DNA of 63,998 nucleotides, filler included, from Piptocephalis cylindrospora (GCA_003614145.1; 3 parts of 3 records of this genome joined end to end with filler, not necessarily neighbours in it), one strand, 5' to 3'; positions 13,051-25,863 are shown, counted from the first letter of the whole stretch. The notes: a model not told the origin generated them from the sequence alone. Made by a program: numbers and translations.

Positions 13051-16000
13051 ATGGCCACCCCAAGTTTGGTAAAGAACCATGTTTTCTCGCAGGGCGCCTG
13101 CTGTGCTAAAGAAAGGCCACACTCATCCTCGTCCCTTCCTCATTGTATCAGGTGAAAGCTCGACAACTTCGCGGTGCCTGCTTACTCTTTACCTCACGCG
13201 GACAAGGAAACTATCTGGATGTCCTTGCCTCCACCCAGGCCCTACTCAAGGATCAAACGGTAACTCGGGTGGAGATGATTTCACCAAGCCTGGCCTATCC
13301 CCACACACCTCACTCCCTTCTCATCCATTAGGTTGTTCCTGGTGACTTCCGGTCCAAGGTCCTCGACCCCCTCGTCCAGCTCATTCTAAAGTCATGCCCA
13401 AAGGAATTGAACGAAGCCAGTTATGATGAAGTTAGAACCTCCTTGGAGCTTTCGGATACCCTGATTATCCTGCATGGGCCACACTGTGGAAAGTTTATCG
13501 CCCCCCTATGCGAGCTGTATCTCTCCATTGCCAGGTCAGCAAAGACCTTGGACACGTCCATGAATCGAATCCTCCTCAATGCACTCGGGAATCTCATGGC
13601 CAAAGGAGGTGGAAGACTAATCACCTATCAGGAGGAACTCACAGCCCTATTCATCCAAGCCCTAGTTCTTCCCACCATCCCATCTATTCATGAGATTAAG
13701 GTGGTCAAGGTGGCTCTAAGAGGTCTTTCTTATGCTATTGAAGGTTTAAAGAAACCACCAGTTCAACTGGATCAGTTGATAGAGCGCCTTGTTCCCCTGA
13801 TGCGCTTAACCTCCGGGGGAAAGCCTGGTGCATCTCACTCAAGGAATTCATCCTCCACCACCTCATCCTCTCGCTCCAGTCATTCGTCTACTCATTCCGT
13901 GTTTCTGACTGATTCCGACCTATCCGATGGTGGGAATGTCCCCGATTCCTCTCGTCAAATCCCAAGACCATTCAGGTAAATTGAGCGCAGTGATGAAGGT
14001 TTTTCCCTTTTATTGGGATAGTTCAGAGGCAAGAAATCAGTCTCGTGTTTTCTGAAAAATCGAATTTAACTTCTTTATCATCCCCAGGGATCATGATAGA
14101 GTTCGACAAAACGCCTTCACCTGCTTGGCCGCCCTTGCCAAGGTACTTGAGAAGTTACAGTACGAAAATAATCAAGATAGATGGACTAACTTTTATTTTC
14201 TTTGAAAACAATAGCACTTTCCCAAGCCTCTTTTCCCCCATTGGATGACCTTATTAGGCCCTAATGCCCATCATTCCCAGGGCATCTCAGTTCTTTTATA
14301 TGCCGTCACCCAGGATCCATACTTACCATCCAGGCTCTCCAGCCTGACAGCTCTCACCTCCATGATCGATACGGGGCATCTCTTCTTATCCCATGTATCA
14401 GATCGGTAAGTCGGATGGCTTTTAGTGGAAGAGGATAGACTCAACTGCACATTTTCAACATGACTCATCCTCAATCACTCATTGGGTGAATAGGAATAAC
14501 ACTGCAAGTGCTTCCTTTATCTCTCTCTCCGAACGTCTCTCCCAGGCCGTCCATGACATTCATGCGGCTCTATGCGCCAATGTGCGAGATATGACAATGG
14601 ATACTTCCGTTCTTCTCTCAACCCTTCAAGTAGGCCTTTTGAATATTAAATTCCTAGTGAAAAGTGGGGTTAACGGAATCTCTTGGCTTTACGATCACAG
14701 CACTCAATCATTTCGATCCTCTATTATTATTATTGTTTAGTGTATGGTATCACTAGTAAAAAGTAAAGTATTTTCCAAGATGGCCTTGGGATACGTCGCA
14801 GAGTTGTACGATTCCATTCTACCCCATCTACATGGTCAAGACCCCGCCCCAGAAGTCCGTCAAGAAGTCTTGGCCACGCTCGCTTGCATTATTGGAAGGT
14901 CTGCCGATGCGGATGGAGAGTTGGCTAGGGTCCTCATGCCCGAAAGGGAGGATCCCGCCTCGGATCCTCCTCCCTCATCGCTCATTGGTATCTTAAAGGG
15001 AGCGCTTTCGAAGGCGCATGGGGACCAAGTTACCCTCTTGATTCCCTACTCCTCCCTCATCGCTGCAGCCATACGGGCCTATCCACTGGAGATGAGGTAG
15101 GTTGTGGAGGGTTAGGGCCGGCGACGTCGGTGTATCACCTTTACTCAATTTCTTTGTCTTTACCCATCCCTCCCAAGACCTTTGTGGGATGATTTGACAG
15201 TCTATATAATGAGATGTCTGAATCATCTTGAACCTTCCGGAGATCCCCTTGCCTTTGCTGGTATGCATATCCTGTGCGAGTACACCAAGGCCTTTTCTGC
15301 AGAGGTGAGTCACCCATTTCCTGGTATAAGCTATACTTCTAATGACTCAGCGTCTTCCCCGTCTGACTCTTCGCAGCTGGATACTGCATGGTGGGAGGCA
15401 GTCATTGAACAGATGATTCAGCCGTACGCGGATATTTCTCCTCCTAGAACAAAATCGGCTTTATGTGAGGTTATTTCCTATGTCAGCTCTAAGGTTGTAG
15501 AGCAGTTGAATGTAAGAGATTTTCGTCTGAAAAGCGGACTCTTCATACAACTATTTTTTTGCTCACCTTCAAAACCCTTACTACATCCCAGAGGGCTCAG
15601 CGAGTCTTCCTGATCACTTACCTTTTGGGTACGGCGGAGGATGCCTCGGCGTCGGTGAGAGCAGCGGCCTGCCGTAGTCTTGGGATCTGGGTTGCATTGG
15701 CTCGGGAGGTGCGTGTACCATGGATGGAGTTGGGCGGGTTGATTTGATTGGTCTTGTCCCACCTCTTGAAATTTATGCCTACCTCCATCTGGTGATAGGA
15801 TGAGCTTTTTCTTCTTGATGCAGCCAATTCCCTCTTATCCCGTGGGTCCGATGAAGGCATCAACGTGAGGATACGAGCTAGCTGGTAAATAGGATAGTAG
15901 TGAAGGGAGAAGTAGAAAGGGCTAGGCTGACATGATCGTATTCTCCTTTCACTTACCATCTCATTTAAAGGGCTCTGGCTAATCTCTGTGACACGTTGTT

Positions 16001-16960
16001 TGATTATCCGTAAGTAGGGGGGAGGGACGCTAATTAGGGGAGGCTGTACTGGCTGAATCTTGTATGCACCTCTTCCTTTCCTTCATTTACTTAGAGAAAC
16101 GCGAATGACGGTTCTTTCCGTTCGGATGGAGAGTCGTATCGCACGCTTGGGAATTAAATACTGCGGGGATAACGATAAAGTATGATGTTTATTTTTAAAG
16201 CTCTCAGATGGCACATTACCTCATCGTGACACATCCTTTCTTATCCACCCGTTTTTTCCCCTTCAAACTAGGTACGACCTAATGGTGTCCGGATCCTCGG
16301 GAATATCCTGCATCTTTCTCCCAAGGCCCTTTCACATGACCCTCAGTTGCAGACTCTAGCTTTGGAATCTATGATGAGAAATATCTCCGTAGGAACGTTT
16401 AAGGTATGGTGACCGGGATGCTGGCATGATTATTGGTCACGAAAGTGGCCTAGACCTTTTTAATCGTCCTCCCCCTTGCTTTTGAATAGCTCCGATGGAA
16501 TACCTGCTATGCCCTTGGAAGAGCTTTTGCCAACCCTTCTTTGTCTCTCGGGGCCCATCCGTTAGGATGTGAGGTGATTCCCATGCTAGGTAAGGCTATG
16601 AGCCAGGGAAAGAACATGAAAGTGCGCATTAGTGCATGCGTCGCCCTCAAGGCTCTTGGGGGGGATCGATCTCGATATGGGGCAAAAGCGCACGATGAGA
16701 TCCGGAGAGTAGTAAAGGATGTACTGGATGAATCCCGACCCTTGCTGATGGAGTATGTCCTGACCAAAGAAGAAGAATCTTCCGGGTATGAGGAGCAGTA
16801 TCTGGATCAGGTAAAATTGGATGAGTTGAAACGATGCACACAGTCGTATTACTCATCTTTATCCTCAATTCATGTTTAGCTGGTGTCCTATGCCGATATG
16901 CTTGGCTTTCCGCTCTCAGACTGGGGAGTGACGAAGGGGGAGGCTCAAGTGAGCTCGTAA
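13051..16960 (+). CDS. HEAT repeat-containing protein 6-like (ARM/HEAT; multi-exon)
   Basis: Many short GT-AG introns. HEATR6-like segments SDSDLSDG, RVRQNAFTCLAALAK, SVRAAACRSLG, DNDKVRPNGVRILGN, RWNTCYALG, NMKVRISACVAL. Last exon 16880-16960. The start exon is less certain. Confidence 0.75.
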
Positions 16961-17088
16961 ATAGACTAGTATATGGAAATTAACTAGGCAAGACGAAGGA
17001 AATGCTACAACGCGGCTATAATATATTTTACTCATCAGCGAGGAGGGGAATCTAAAAATAACGCGTCACCCCCAAAGAATGCTGTGAT

Positions 17089-17790
17089 TTAGAGAGCATA
17101 ACTCATGATGAGACCAGTCAATGCCAAGGTTCCAATCATGGTTCCCGATCGAAGGGGATGGCTTGCAGTACTGGTGTGGTCATCATCCTCATCGTAACGG
17201 GATTCCTCTTGGATGGGGGCTGAAGGGGGATGGAAGGACTGGGATGAATCGACGCGAACCCGGCTGTTCTGCTCATTCCAGTTGCTGGCTTGGTTGTTGT
17301 TGTCCCAGTTAGGGCCGTTCCAAGTAGCGCTGGTCTGGAAATTATCGACAGTACTAGAGGGGGTATTCCATCCATTGTTACCTTGGCTCTCGTTCCGGCC
17401 ATTGTTACCTTGGTTGCGGTTCCAATCGTTACCACGGTTGTTGCTCCAATTAGAGTCATTCCAACCGGGCTGTGCATTCCAAGTGGAGTCGTTCCAACCG
17501 GGTTGGGCGTTCCAGGTGGGATCATTTCGGGACTGGATGGGATAGGCGGGTTCGTAAGCGGTACGATCAGGGTAGATATGATCCTGATTATCGTAGATGC
17601 GGTCATCATAGACATCATCATCATCATAAAATGTATCATCACACCCCGGATCATGGCATACCTGACCAATGCAGCCCTGATTACGGTCTTCCCAGGCGGC
17701 CGAGTCAGGCTCTACATTGGGCTCTTCCGCAGCAATAGGGATGGAAAGAGAGAGGGCAAGAAGGGGAAGAAGAACGATGGAGGAATGCAT
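17089..17790 (-). CDS. Secreted, probably GPI-anchored, Trp/Asn-rich repeat protein
   Basis: Signal MHSSIVLLPLLALSLSIPIAA; internal repeats TWNAQPGWND x2 and QGNNG x2; hydrophobic C-terminus TMIGTLALTGLIMSYAL. Confidence 0.65.
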   Translation of the reverse strand: MHSSIVLLPLLALSLSIPIAAEEPNVEPDSAAWEDRNQGCIGQVCHDPGCDDTFYDDDDVYDDRIYDNQDHIYPDRTAYEPAYPIQSRNDPTWNAQPGWNDSTWNAQPGWNDSNWSNNRGNDWNRNQGNNGRNESQGNNGWNTPSSTVDNFQTSATWNGPNWDNNNQASNWNEQNSRVRVDSSQSFHPPSAPIQEESRYDEDDDHTSTASHPLRSGTMIGTLALTGLIMSYAL

Positions 17791-18486
17791 AACGTTGATG
17801 GAGAGTACGTGGGAAATGCGTTGTGCGCGACAATTTGCTGTGCTGCTGAAGGGGTGCAGTGATGTAGAGGGGTCGGGTTCCTTGTAGGATGGGGGAAAAG
17901 GGGATAGTGTTGAACGAAGGGAGGATGCCATGGCATTTTATACTCTTCAAAAAGACGGACTTTGGAGAGGATGGACTGAGGATAATGGTAACGGGCAGTA
18001 TATGGCCGTCTCCACAGCATGTATTTTAGTCATGGGCAAGAACGGGGAATATCAAGACGGTATATACGCATAGAAACTATCCTTTCTTTGATCATAAACC
18101 ATCGAAAAAGTGCCCAGCGCATAGTACGAGGCGTAAGATTGCAATGGCCCCTCCGCTCACCCATCAGATTAGAGAAATATCGATAGACCGGCATCTACTT
18201 GTTCAGTCATGAGTACACCTGACAGACAACAGCTCTGCTCATGCATTCTCTTGGAAACAGATGGATGAATCAAGGTGAAACATCGTGAGGGCCATAGGAC
18301 TGGAAAATAAGATACACGATAGCGTATGCCTACCCGTTTACCGATGATGATGTGACTAATCTCCAACGCAGGATGAATATAGTGCAACCGACGATGGGCT
18401 GTGACATAACTCTAATGCATTGATGATGCGTCATCTCCGTACACACAGGCCCAAGGTAGAGAAGGGTGGATAAGTATTGTTTAAAG

Positions 18487-18587
18487 GTCCCTGGCACCAC
18501 GCAGACCGGCTTAAGGACAGGTATCACGTTCGGATACCCATCAGCCTACCTCACCCCGAGAAAATATAATGGTTTTATTACTAGTAG
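18487..18587 (+). mobile_element. SINE-like structured repeat, copy B (5'-truncated)
   Basis: GTCCCTGGCACCACGCAG...ACGTTCGGATACCCATCAGCCTACCTCACCCCGAGAAAATATAATGGTTTTATTACTAGTAG. Confidence 0.75.
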
Positions 18588-19599
18588 TATCTATAGGTAG
18601 GTGCATGCCTTCCACCCGTTATCACGGGTGTAAGGGATTGTGGGCGGAGGGCGAATGTGAATTAACTTTAGCATTCCAAGGTGAGTGCTGTGTGATCCAA
18701 CTAAGTCACCTATTTGCTTTGAGGAAATAACAGGCTGGGAGAAGCATGTTCAAATATGCACCGAAGATGGATGAGAGTTCTCTAGCTTCAGGAGAGCCGT
18801 GCTTTCCTGCCTCTAACATATCTTTGCGATTTACCTCTGAAAACATGCCTTCCCCTCCCTTTCCTCCCTGTTCATTCTCAGGTAAAGAGCTCGACTGTAT
18901 GACATGGCATCACAGCTCTCCCACTTCTCTTGGCCAGTCCTCATGGAAAAGCGAGGGGATGTGAGGACATTGTATGCGTTGGTCGGCCTGGACCAGCTGG
19001 TAGTGCTAACTCATCTCAATCATTCTGGGCTGGTGAGGTGCTCGCTCAACTCTAGGTCGACAGAGGACTCGTCCAATCCCAACGTGGCGGAGATTAGGCC
19101 GTTGGGAACATCGGGGGCATTAGACGGCTAGGCTGGAGGATGGTCGGATTGGGGAATTCCCGGATCTAAGGTAAAGGCAGCGGAGGGATGGAAGGGATCA
19201 GCACCACACGCGCTTCTACGCTAACTATATTTAGCAGCATGGGCACTATCACTTACCTGGGCTAATCGCTTGAGAATGAGTGAGAGGCGGGATTGGCGTG
19301 GGATGACGGGGTGAAGAGACGGCTGGGACAGTGAGAGCGGAACGGGTGAGTGAGTGAGCTGATCTGGGAGGCTCAGAGGAGGCGGGCAATAGCGAGTGCG
19401 GGTCAGCCTCGCCTGATTTTGCTGTCAAAACCCACTGCCAACAATACGCCACTTTCTGTCCAGAGTCGTAGGTTATCACGCTTGCTCATCTTTCCTCCTC
19501 CCTTTTCTTTCCTCCTCTCCTTGTCATCACTCCCTTTCCGTCACTTTTGACCCACATTCATACCCAACACCTACTCTCTCGACGAGAACACCTGTGATC

Positions 19600-20937
19600 A
19601 TGCCTATCCTGGATGGTGTTAAGCATGCGTGTGCCCAGTGCATCCGCGGACACCGGACGAGTACGTGCGCTCACAATGACCGACCCCTCATTCCCATTCG
19701 ACCTAAAGGCCGACCACCCACTCAATGCGTCCATTGTCGGGAGGCCCGGAAGGCAGGGACAGGAGCACACTCGCGATGCGTATGCGGTGAGTATATACAG
19801 GGGCAGACACCGTCCCCCCCTCTCCAAGAGGTGCGAGGGATCAAGCGGATAAGCCCGGGCTCCTCCCAAGGCAAAGACCTTTCGGTCAAAGCCGAGGTCT
19901 TTGACTGCCAATGTGGGTGTGGAGACACCTGCCAGTGTCGTAACAAGATGCTCCGGCTTCCCAACCTCATGAACCCGTGTGGCTGCATCGACGGGCAATC
20001 CCCGTGCACTTGCCAATCCACACCAGCTGGATCTGTTAACGTCCTTTACTTTGGTCGGCCCTCCTCCTCCTCCTCCCCCTCTTCCACCGGCCAGAATAAT
20101 GAGTGCTGTTGTTCATCCACCTCATTGCCCATGCCCCTTCCTACCCAAATGTCTAGAGCTATTACAGACGTCGAGCCTACATCTTCCTCGTGTTGTAGTG
20201 GAGGATGTGATTGTGGACCAAAATCTGGCAGTAAGGAGGCTGGGAAGGGTGAGTCTTGTTGCCCAATCCCCTCTGCTATGACCGCAACTTCCTCTGGGGG
20301 AGGATGCTGTGGATCTGCTTCTAAGGAAAAGACATCATCTGGATGCTGCTCTTCCTCCAAGACATCCTCCATCACCGCAGTCAAGAGTGACGGCGGCTGC
20401 TGCTCCTCTAAAGCATCTGCCGAAACCCCCTCTGTACCTGCATCCGGAGGATGTTGCTCTTCCAAGGCACCTACAAAGGCTTCTTTAGCTCCTTCTAAAT
20501 GTTGTTCCACCTCGAAGCCATCTGCATCGGCACCATCCACTACTTCCCTCCCCTCAGTTCCCGAGACGGCTTCAACCTTCTTCCCTCCCCCCGACTCATT
20601 GAGAGTAAGCCCAGAGCATGTGCTAGAAACTCCCCCCTCTCTCCCACCACCACTTCAACTCCCCAGCCCAGTCAATCAAGAGCCCCTATTACCTCCAAAT
20701 CACCTATCTTTTCAGGTGGCAAAACACCAGTGTGGTGACCGGTGCTCCTGCTCCACTTGGGCATCCCTTGGTTTGGGCAAAGCTCAGTGTGGAGAGGAAG
20801 GTGGAGCTTGTGGATGTGGATCCTCCTCTAGGGATGGCCAAGCTGGTTCTGGTGGAGCCGGATGCTGTGGGGATGCAGGTGGATGTGGAGCCGGGGCAGA
20901 GGAAGACCCCTTTGAAGATGATATTCTTGGGGTGTAA
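19600..20937 (+). CDS. Copper-fist DNA-binding transcription factor (Ace1/Mac1/Cuf1 family) with Cys-rich metallothionein-like regions
   Basis: N-terminal MPILDGVKHACAQCIRGHRTSTCAHNDRPLIPIRPKGRP is the copper-fist consensus. CxCG..CxC clusters, repeated GGCCSS motifs and an acidic C-terminus. Confidence 0.9.
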   Translation: MPILDGVKHACAQCIRGHRTSTCAHNDRPLIPIRPKGRPPTQCVHCREARKAGTGAHSRCVCGEYIQGQTPSPPLQEVRGIKRISPGSSQGKDLSVKAEVFDCQCGCGDTCQCRNKMLRLPNLMNPCGCIDGQSPCTCQSTPAGSVNVLYFGRPSSSSSPSSTGQNNECCCSSTSLPMPLPTQMSRAITDVEPTSSSCCSGGCDCGPKSGSKEAGKGESCCPIPSAMTATSSGGGCCGSASKEKTSSGCCSSSKTSSITAVKSDGGCCSSKASAETPSVPASGGCCSSKAPTKASLAPSKCCSTSKPSASAPSTTSLPSVPETASTFFPPPDSLRVSPEHVLETPPSLPPPLQLPSPVNQEPLLPPNHLSFQVAKHQCGDRCSCSTWASLGLGKAQCGEEGGACGCGSSSRDGQAGSGGAGCCGDAGGCGAGAEEDPFEDDILGV

Positions 20938-21257
20938 ATCCATAAGTGCATATCTGGAGGAAGGAGATATTGATTGTTGCGGAGTGTCTTTATATAAATG
21001 TCGTTTCTTTCCTTGTGATTATACTGTGGCACGCCCATTTCCCTAGTGAAGTCAAAGATGCATGAAACAGAGCCTCAAACACATGTCAAAGTCAATCAGT
21101 ATGGACTACTCTCAAGTCATCTTGTTCCCGTGCTTCAACTCTCTTCCCCTCTTCTCCTCTTCCCCATTCTCACGCCCATAAGTAGCACACACGCCGGGCA
21201 TGCCACACACACCCCCACATCTTCATCATATTCCAAGGATCCACAAAAAAGGTTCAA

Positions 21258-22645
21258 TTAGGTCTGGGCTTGAGCTTCCACCTCCACCTTGGCCTTAACT
21301 CCATCGATGGGCTTCATGGCAGGAAAGGCAATAACCTCCTTGATATTCTGACTATCGGTCAAGAACATGGTGAGACGGTCAATGCCCATGCCCCATCCTC
21401 CGGTAGGGGGGAGACCGTACTCGAGGGCCTCGCAAAAGGTCTCGTCGATGAGCTGGGCCTCGTCATCTCCGGCAGCCTTGTCGTTAGCCTGCTGAGCAAA
21501 GCGCTCACGCTGATCAAAGGGATCGTTCAGCTCGGTGTAAGCATTACAGATCTCCTTGGTGGCAACGAAGCACTCAAAGCGCTCGCACAGCCCATCCACG
21601 GACCGGTGACGCTTAGCAAGCGGGGACATCATTTGAGGATGGGAGGTAATGAAGGTGGGGTTGATGCAGTCCACCTCAATAAAGTCCCCGACCAGCTTGT
21701 CCAGAAGGCGGGCGCTGGTGCGGGGAGCGGTGCAGTCCACGTTGTGCTTCTCGCAAAGGTCCGACAGGAACTTAGTGGCATGAGGAAGATGAAGTTCCGA
21801 GGCCGGGGGGAAGGTAACAGAGAGCTTGCGCTCGAGCTCGGCAATCATCTCCACCCGACGGAATGGTGGGGTAAAGTCAATCTCGATGGGGGGTTGATCA
21901 GCCCCATTAGCGTGGTAGCTGACCTTGTACTTGCCACCAGTGATGTACTTGACCATTCCAGAGACCAGGGACTCGGTAAGGCTCATGAGATCGTGCATGT
22001 CCGCGTAGGCCATGTAGAATTCACAAGTGGTGAACTCGGGGTTATGAGTCAAATCGATGGCCTCATTACGGAACTGCCGGCCAATTTCATAAACACGGTC
22101 CAAACCTCCAACCGTTAGCATCTTCAAGTATAGCTCAGGAGCGACGCGCATGAACATGTCAAGGTTTAGATCGTTATGATGAGTGACAAAGGGTTTGGCC
22201 GTGGCTCCTCCAGCAATCATGTTCATCATAGGTGTCTCGACCTCGAGGAAGCCCTGCTGGTCAAGGAAACGGCGCATGTAGTTGATGATCTTGGCACGGA
22301 CCACGAACTTGTCCCGCACCGAGTTATTCATGATAAGGTCGACAAACCGCTTGCGGTACCGTTCTTCTTGATCCTTGAAGCCGTAATTGGCCTTGGGGAG
22401 CATGCGGAGGCATGGAGAGAGAAGCGTGACCTTTTGGGGGAAGATGGAGAGCTCACCACGCTTGGACTTTCCAGGATAGCCGGTAACCCCGACAATATCA
22501 CCACGACGTAGAAGGTTGTGAGTGGCGAGGAAATCGTCCTCCTGGGAGTCCTGGGCCGAGGCCATGATTTGCACCTTGACGGAATCACCGTGAAGGTCGT
22601 AGAAACGAAGCTTGGCCCCAGAGGTACGCTTGTTGTGGATCCGGC
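21258..22645 (-). CDS. KRS1: Lysyl-tRNA synthetase, class II (last exon; 5' exons lost in assembly gap)
   Basis: OB-fold remnant [73 protein letters not shown]. Splice acceptor at 22646. Confidence 0.97.
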
Positions 22646-22758
22646 CTATTGGGTTAAAAGAAAGACAGAGAGAGAGGCTCATCTTTTTATTTCCATACGA
22701 ATGAATGGGGTGATGGGATCACATCGAGTGAGCATACACGCACGCGGGATTCAATGGA

Positions 22759-22858
22759 NNNNNNNNNNNNNNNNNNNNNNNNNNNNNNNNNNNNNNNNNN
22801 NNTTAATTAATTAANNNNNNNNNNNNNNNNNNNNNNNNNNNNNNNNNNNNNNNNNNNN
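22759..22858. other. Artificial contig linker (N-run with TTAATTAATTAA, stops in all frames)
   Basis: 44 N + TTAATTAATTAA + 44 N, identical to the one at 45563. Confidence 0.97.
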
Positions 22859-22984
22859 TCCCTCAGGGCACCGCTGAGGCTCTCTGGGGCCAAGCGACTC
22901 ACAGGCACCTCCCACCCCGCCTCTCCCACGCCCGCACCCACCCACACACGACCCCGCCCCCCCCCCCCCCCCCAATTCCCTTAC

Positions 22985-24926
22985 CTGCATCATCCGGGTG
23001 ACATAGGAGGCTACCTTGCCAATCACCTCCCCATTTACCCCGGTATCCCGAGCCGCCTCAAGCATGTAGATATTGACTCGGCTCACCAGGTCCAGAAGGT
23101 GGCGTAGGGCCGTGGGTGTATCAATCGAGTCGGCCAGGGCCTCATGCACCGCCAGCTGACTCTTCCCGAGCTCCGCTACCAGGGCTCGCTCCCGATCCCC
23201 GTACCCATGTACATCCGCCCGGGATTCCTGGGCCTCCTCCTTGGCCCGGATTTCTGAGAGAGTAGACCGGACATTGAGGAAGAACTTCTTCAGTGTTCCC
23301 TCCACCCCCTTGGCTTCCTCCATCCCAGACTCTCGGAAGTCCAGCCGGGACTCCCAAGGGTGCAGGAGGAAGGTGAGACGCAGCTGTCGAGCAGTGTGCC
23401 TGGCCAAGGCCTCCTTGATTGTGATAAAGTTCTTCAGGCTCTTACTCATCTTTTGCCCCTCAATATGCAGGTGACCGGGGTGGATAAAGTAATTGACCCA
23501 TTGATCACATTCATGATAGGCCTACAACAGGAAGGAAATGTTGTCTGTGAGCGGAAAAAAGGACATTGTACATACGCAAGCCCTGGCTTACCTCGGATTG
23601 CGCAAGCTCATTGTCATGATGAGGGAAGGCAAGATCAATGCCTCCCGAATGAATATCCATCGTTTCACCCAAGACTTCGGAAGCCATAGCGCTGCATTCA
23701 ATGTGCCATCCAGGGCGACCAGGTCCCCAAGGGGAGGTCCAAGAGGGCTCCCCGTCCTTACTCTGCTTCCAGAGGGCAAAGTCCGCAGCTGCTCGCTTCC
23801 CCCGAAGCTTGGACCCAAGGCTCCCTTCGCCCTCCTCTAGGAGATTGGCAGATCCGGCGGCCCAGGGCTCGAGCTTGGCATAATCATGACGGGGGGAGGC
23901 CTTAAAAGCGGCAACATCAAAGTACACAGAGCCATCGGCCTCGTAGGCGTAGCCACGCTCGATGATCTTCTCGACAAACTGGACAATCTCCGGGATATAC
24001 TCCGACACTCGGGTCACTATGTCTGCAGGCCTTACGCGAAGTGCCTTCATATCCTGAAAGAAATCACGTTCCCAAAAGGCCGCATGGGCTTTAAAGATCT
24101 TGGAGTGCGAGACCGTCGAGCCCAGCTGGGTATCAAGCCACGGGGCAATGACGTCTCCAGCCCCCTCGGTCAACACACCCATCCTCTCTTCTGCAGGCGC
24201 AGAAGAGGAGCTCAGGGTGGTGATGGCCACATAGGCCTTTCTAGCCGCGGCGACGTGCATGGCCCACTTGCCCTCATCCACTGGATCCACCGGGGCAGCG
24301 GGATCAGCGGGGACAAAGGGGAGGGCAGGGAAGGCCTTGGGGTCTGCTGCAATGGAGGAGAGAAGGGCTGAGGCGGCCGAGCCCCCGAGTTTCCCAGACA
24401 CGTAGGAATTGTACGCTTCAACAGCCTGTTGCAAGGCTGAATCCACCTCCCCGGATTCGGCGTGCTTGTCCCTCCAAGTTCGGAGAAGATGGGCTTGACG
24501 GGATCTCAGGATAATTTTATCGTCAATGTCGGTGATGTTCATGACAAAGAGCACGTCAAACTGAAAGTAGTCGGTGAGAATTCGGCGAAGAATATCCACG
24601 GTGAGGTAGGTCCGGGCGTGACCCAAATGGGAGGCGTCGTAGACGGTCGGCCCGCAGTTGTACCAGGTAAGGCGCTTCCCCTGACGGGGCACCACTTCAG
24701 TCTTGGTGCGGGTCAACGAGTTGAGAATGCGGAGAGGCGACGCCGGGGCCGAATTGGTGGGCACACGCCATTCCGGCTGCTTGACCGTGGAGGTGGATGA
24801 CGACATGGTGAGGATGAGAGAGACGGATGAGCGTGGTACGCGTCCAAGAAAGTGAGAAGAAGAGCGAAGGAAGGAAGAGGAGAGGGCGGGCGAGGGCAGT
24901 AGGGGACGAGGGAGGAGCCTTTGCAT
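22985..24926 (-). CDS. CRS1: Cysteinyl-tRNA synthetase (3' end lost in gap); ATGs at 24926 and 24806
   Basis: WYNCGPTVYDASHLGH (HIGH motif), MNITDIDDKI, DFALWK, GRPGWHIECSAM, HSGGIDLAFPHHDNE, KMSKSLKN. Intron 23522-23591; next donor at 22984. Confidence 0.96.
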
Positions 24927-25739
24927 GTAGCGGATGCCAAAGGGTGATGAAGGGAGGAGGGTTGTGTAAGCAAGGATCCTTGGTTCATCTCGCCAGCTCA
25001 ACACACTTTATTACCTATGCACTTTGACAGACGAAGTCAAGGAAAGGCGTGATTTCTGCTGATTCGGGGTGCTGATGGAAAGGTGGCCCAAAAGTGCATG
25101 TGTTGAACTTTTTGATATCTTGTATGACTGGACACCCCGCAAACTACTTTGTCTCTATGAAATAGGTCGTTTGAGCTAGTCAAAGATGACCTCCTAGCCG
25201 ATGCCCTCATTTCAATCCCCTGTCCGCCTCTACAAATGCTGTTTTATGCCCTGAATGTGCGCTTTCCATATGGTAATCCACCCTTCAACAATGATATCTA
25301 GATACTCCTGGATGGGCTGAAACCTTCATTCTCTCTAGGTGGGGGGATGCTCTGGTCTTGCTGAAAACATCCAATCTATCGGATATCTAGCATAAACTCT
25401 TGTCGAGGCTTGAAACTGCATAAGCTCTAGAGTGTGAGCGGTTAGGACATGCATATGTATTCCTCTTTGAGGACATTGTGTCCATATATCGGTCATACGC
25501 CCTTCCTTTCTTTTAGGTAGAGGAGCACATATGCATGTGTGTTCTGTATAGAGTGTTATTGAAAACCTGCTCTCCACATCCGTCCCAGCAAAGGCCAGCA
25601 GATGGTGAAAGTGCCCAGTGAACGTTGATCATTGACCAAGATCAAGGATACCCCCATGAAACATGATAGTGATTTACCGCCATTATTCAACGGTATTCTT
25701 CTCTGCGTGATCAATATACGGTATCTTCACTAAGCCGTT

Positions 25740-25863
25740 TAGGGTGCATGTTGGGGACTCTGTCCCTAGTACCACGCATGTCGGTCAGATTACAGACAGT
25801 CAATGTGTTCGGATGCCCTTTAGCCAGCCCCACACAGGGAAATAAAACCTGGTTTATCCTTCT
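25740..25863 (+). mobile_element. SINE-like structured repeat, copy C (full length)
   Basis: TAGGGTGCATGTT-GGGGAC-TCT-GTCCCT-AGTACCACGCATG...GTGTTCGGATGCCCTTTAGCCAGCCCCACACAGGGAAATAAAACCTGGTTTATCC(TTC)n. Decayed direct repeat on the flanks: TCTTCACTAAGCCGTT (25724-25739) versus TCTTCATTAAATTGGT (25864-25879), 11/16. Confidence 0.85.

Noticed and set aside
22803..22814. Palindromic TTAATTAATTAA repeated at 45607
   Set aside because: Synthetic all-frame stop linker inside N-runs.
21258..24926. Apparent tandem LysRS-CysRS cluster or fusion
   Set aside because: The two genes are separated by an artificial contig linker, so adjacency is not established.
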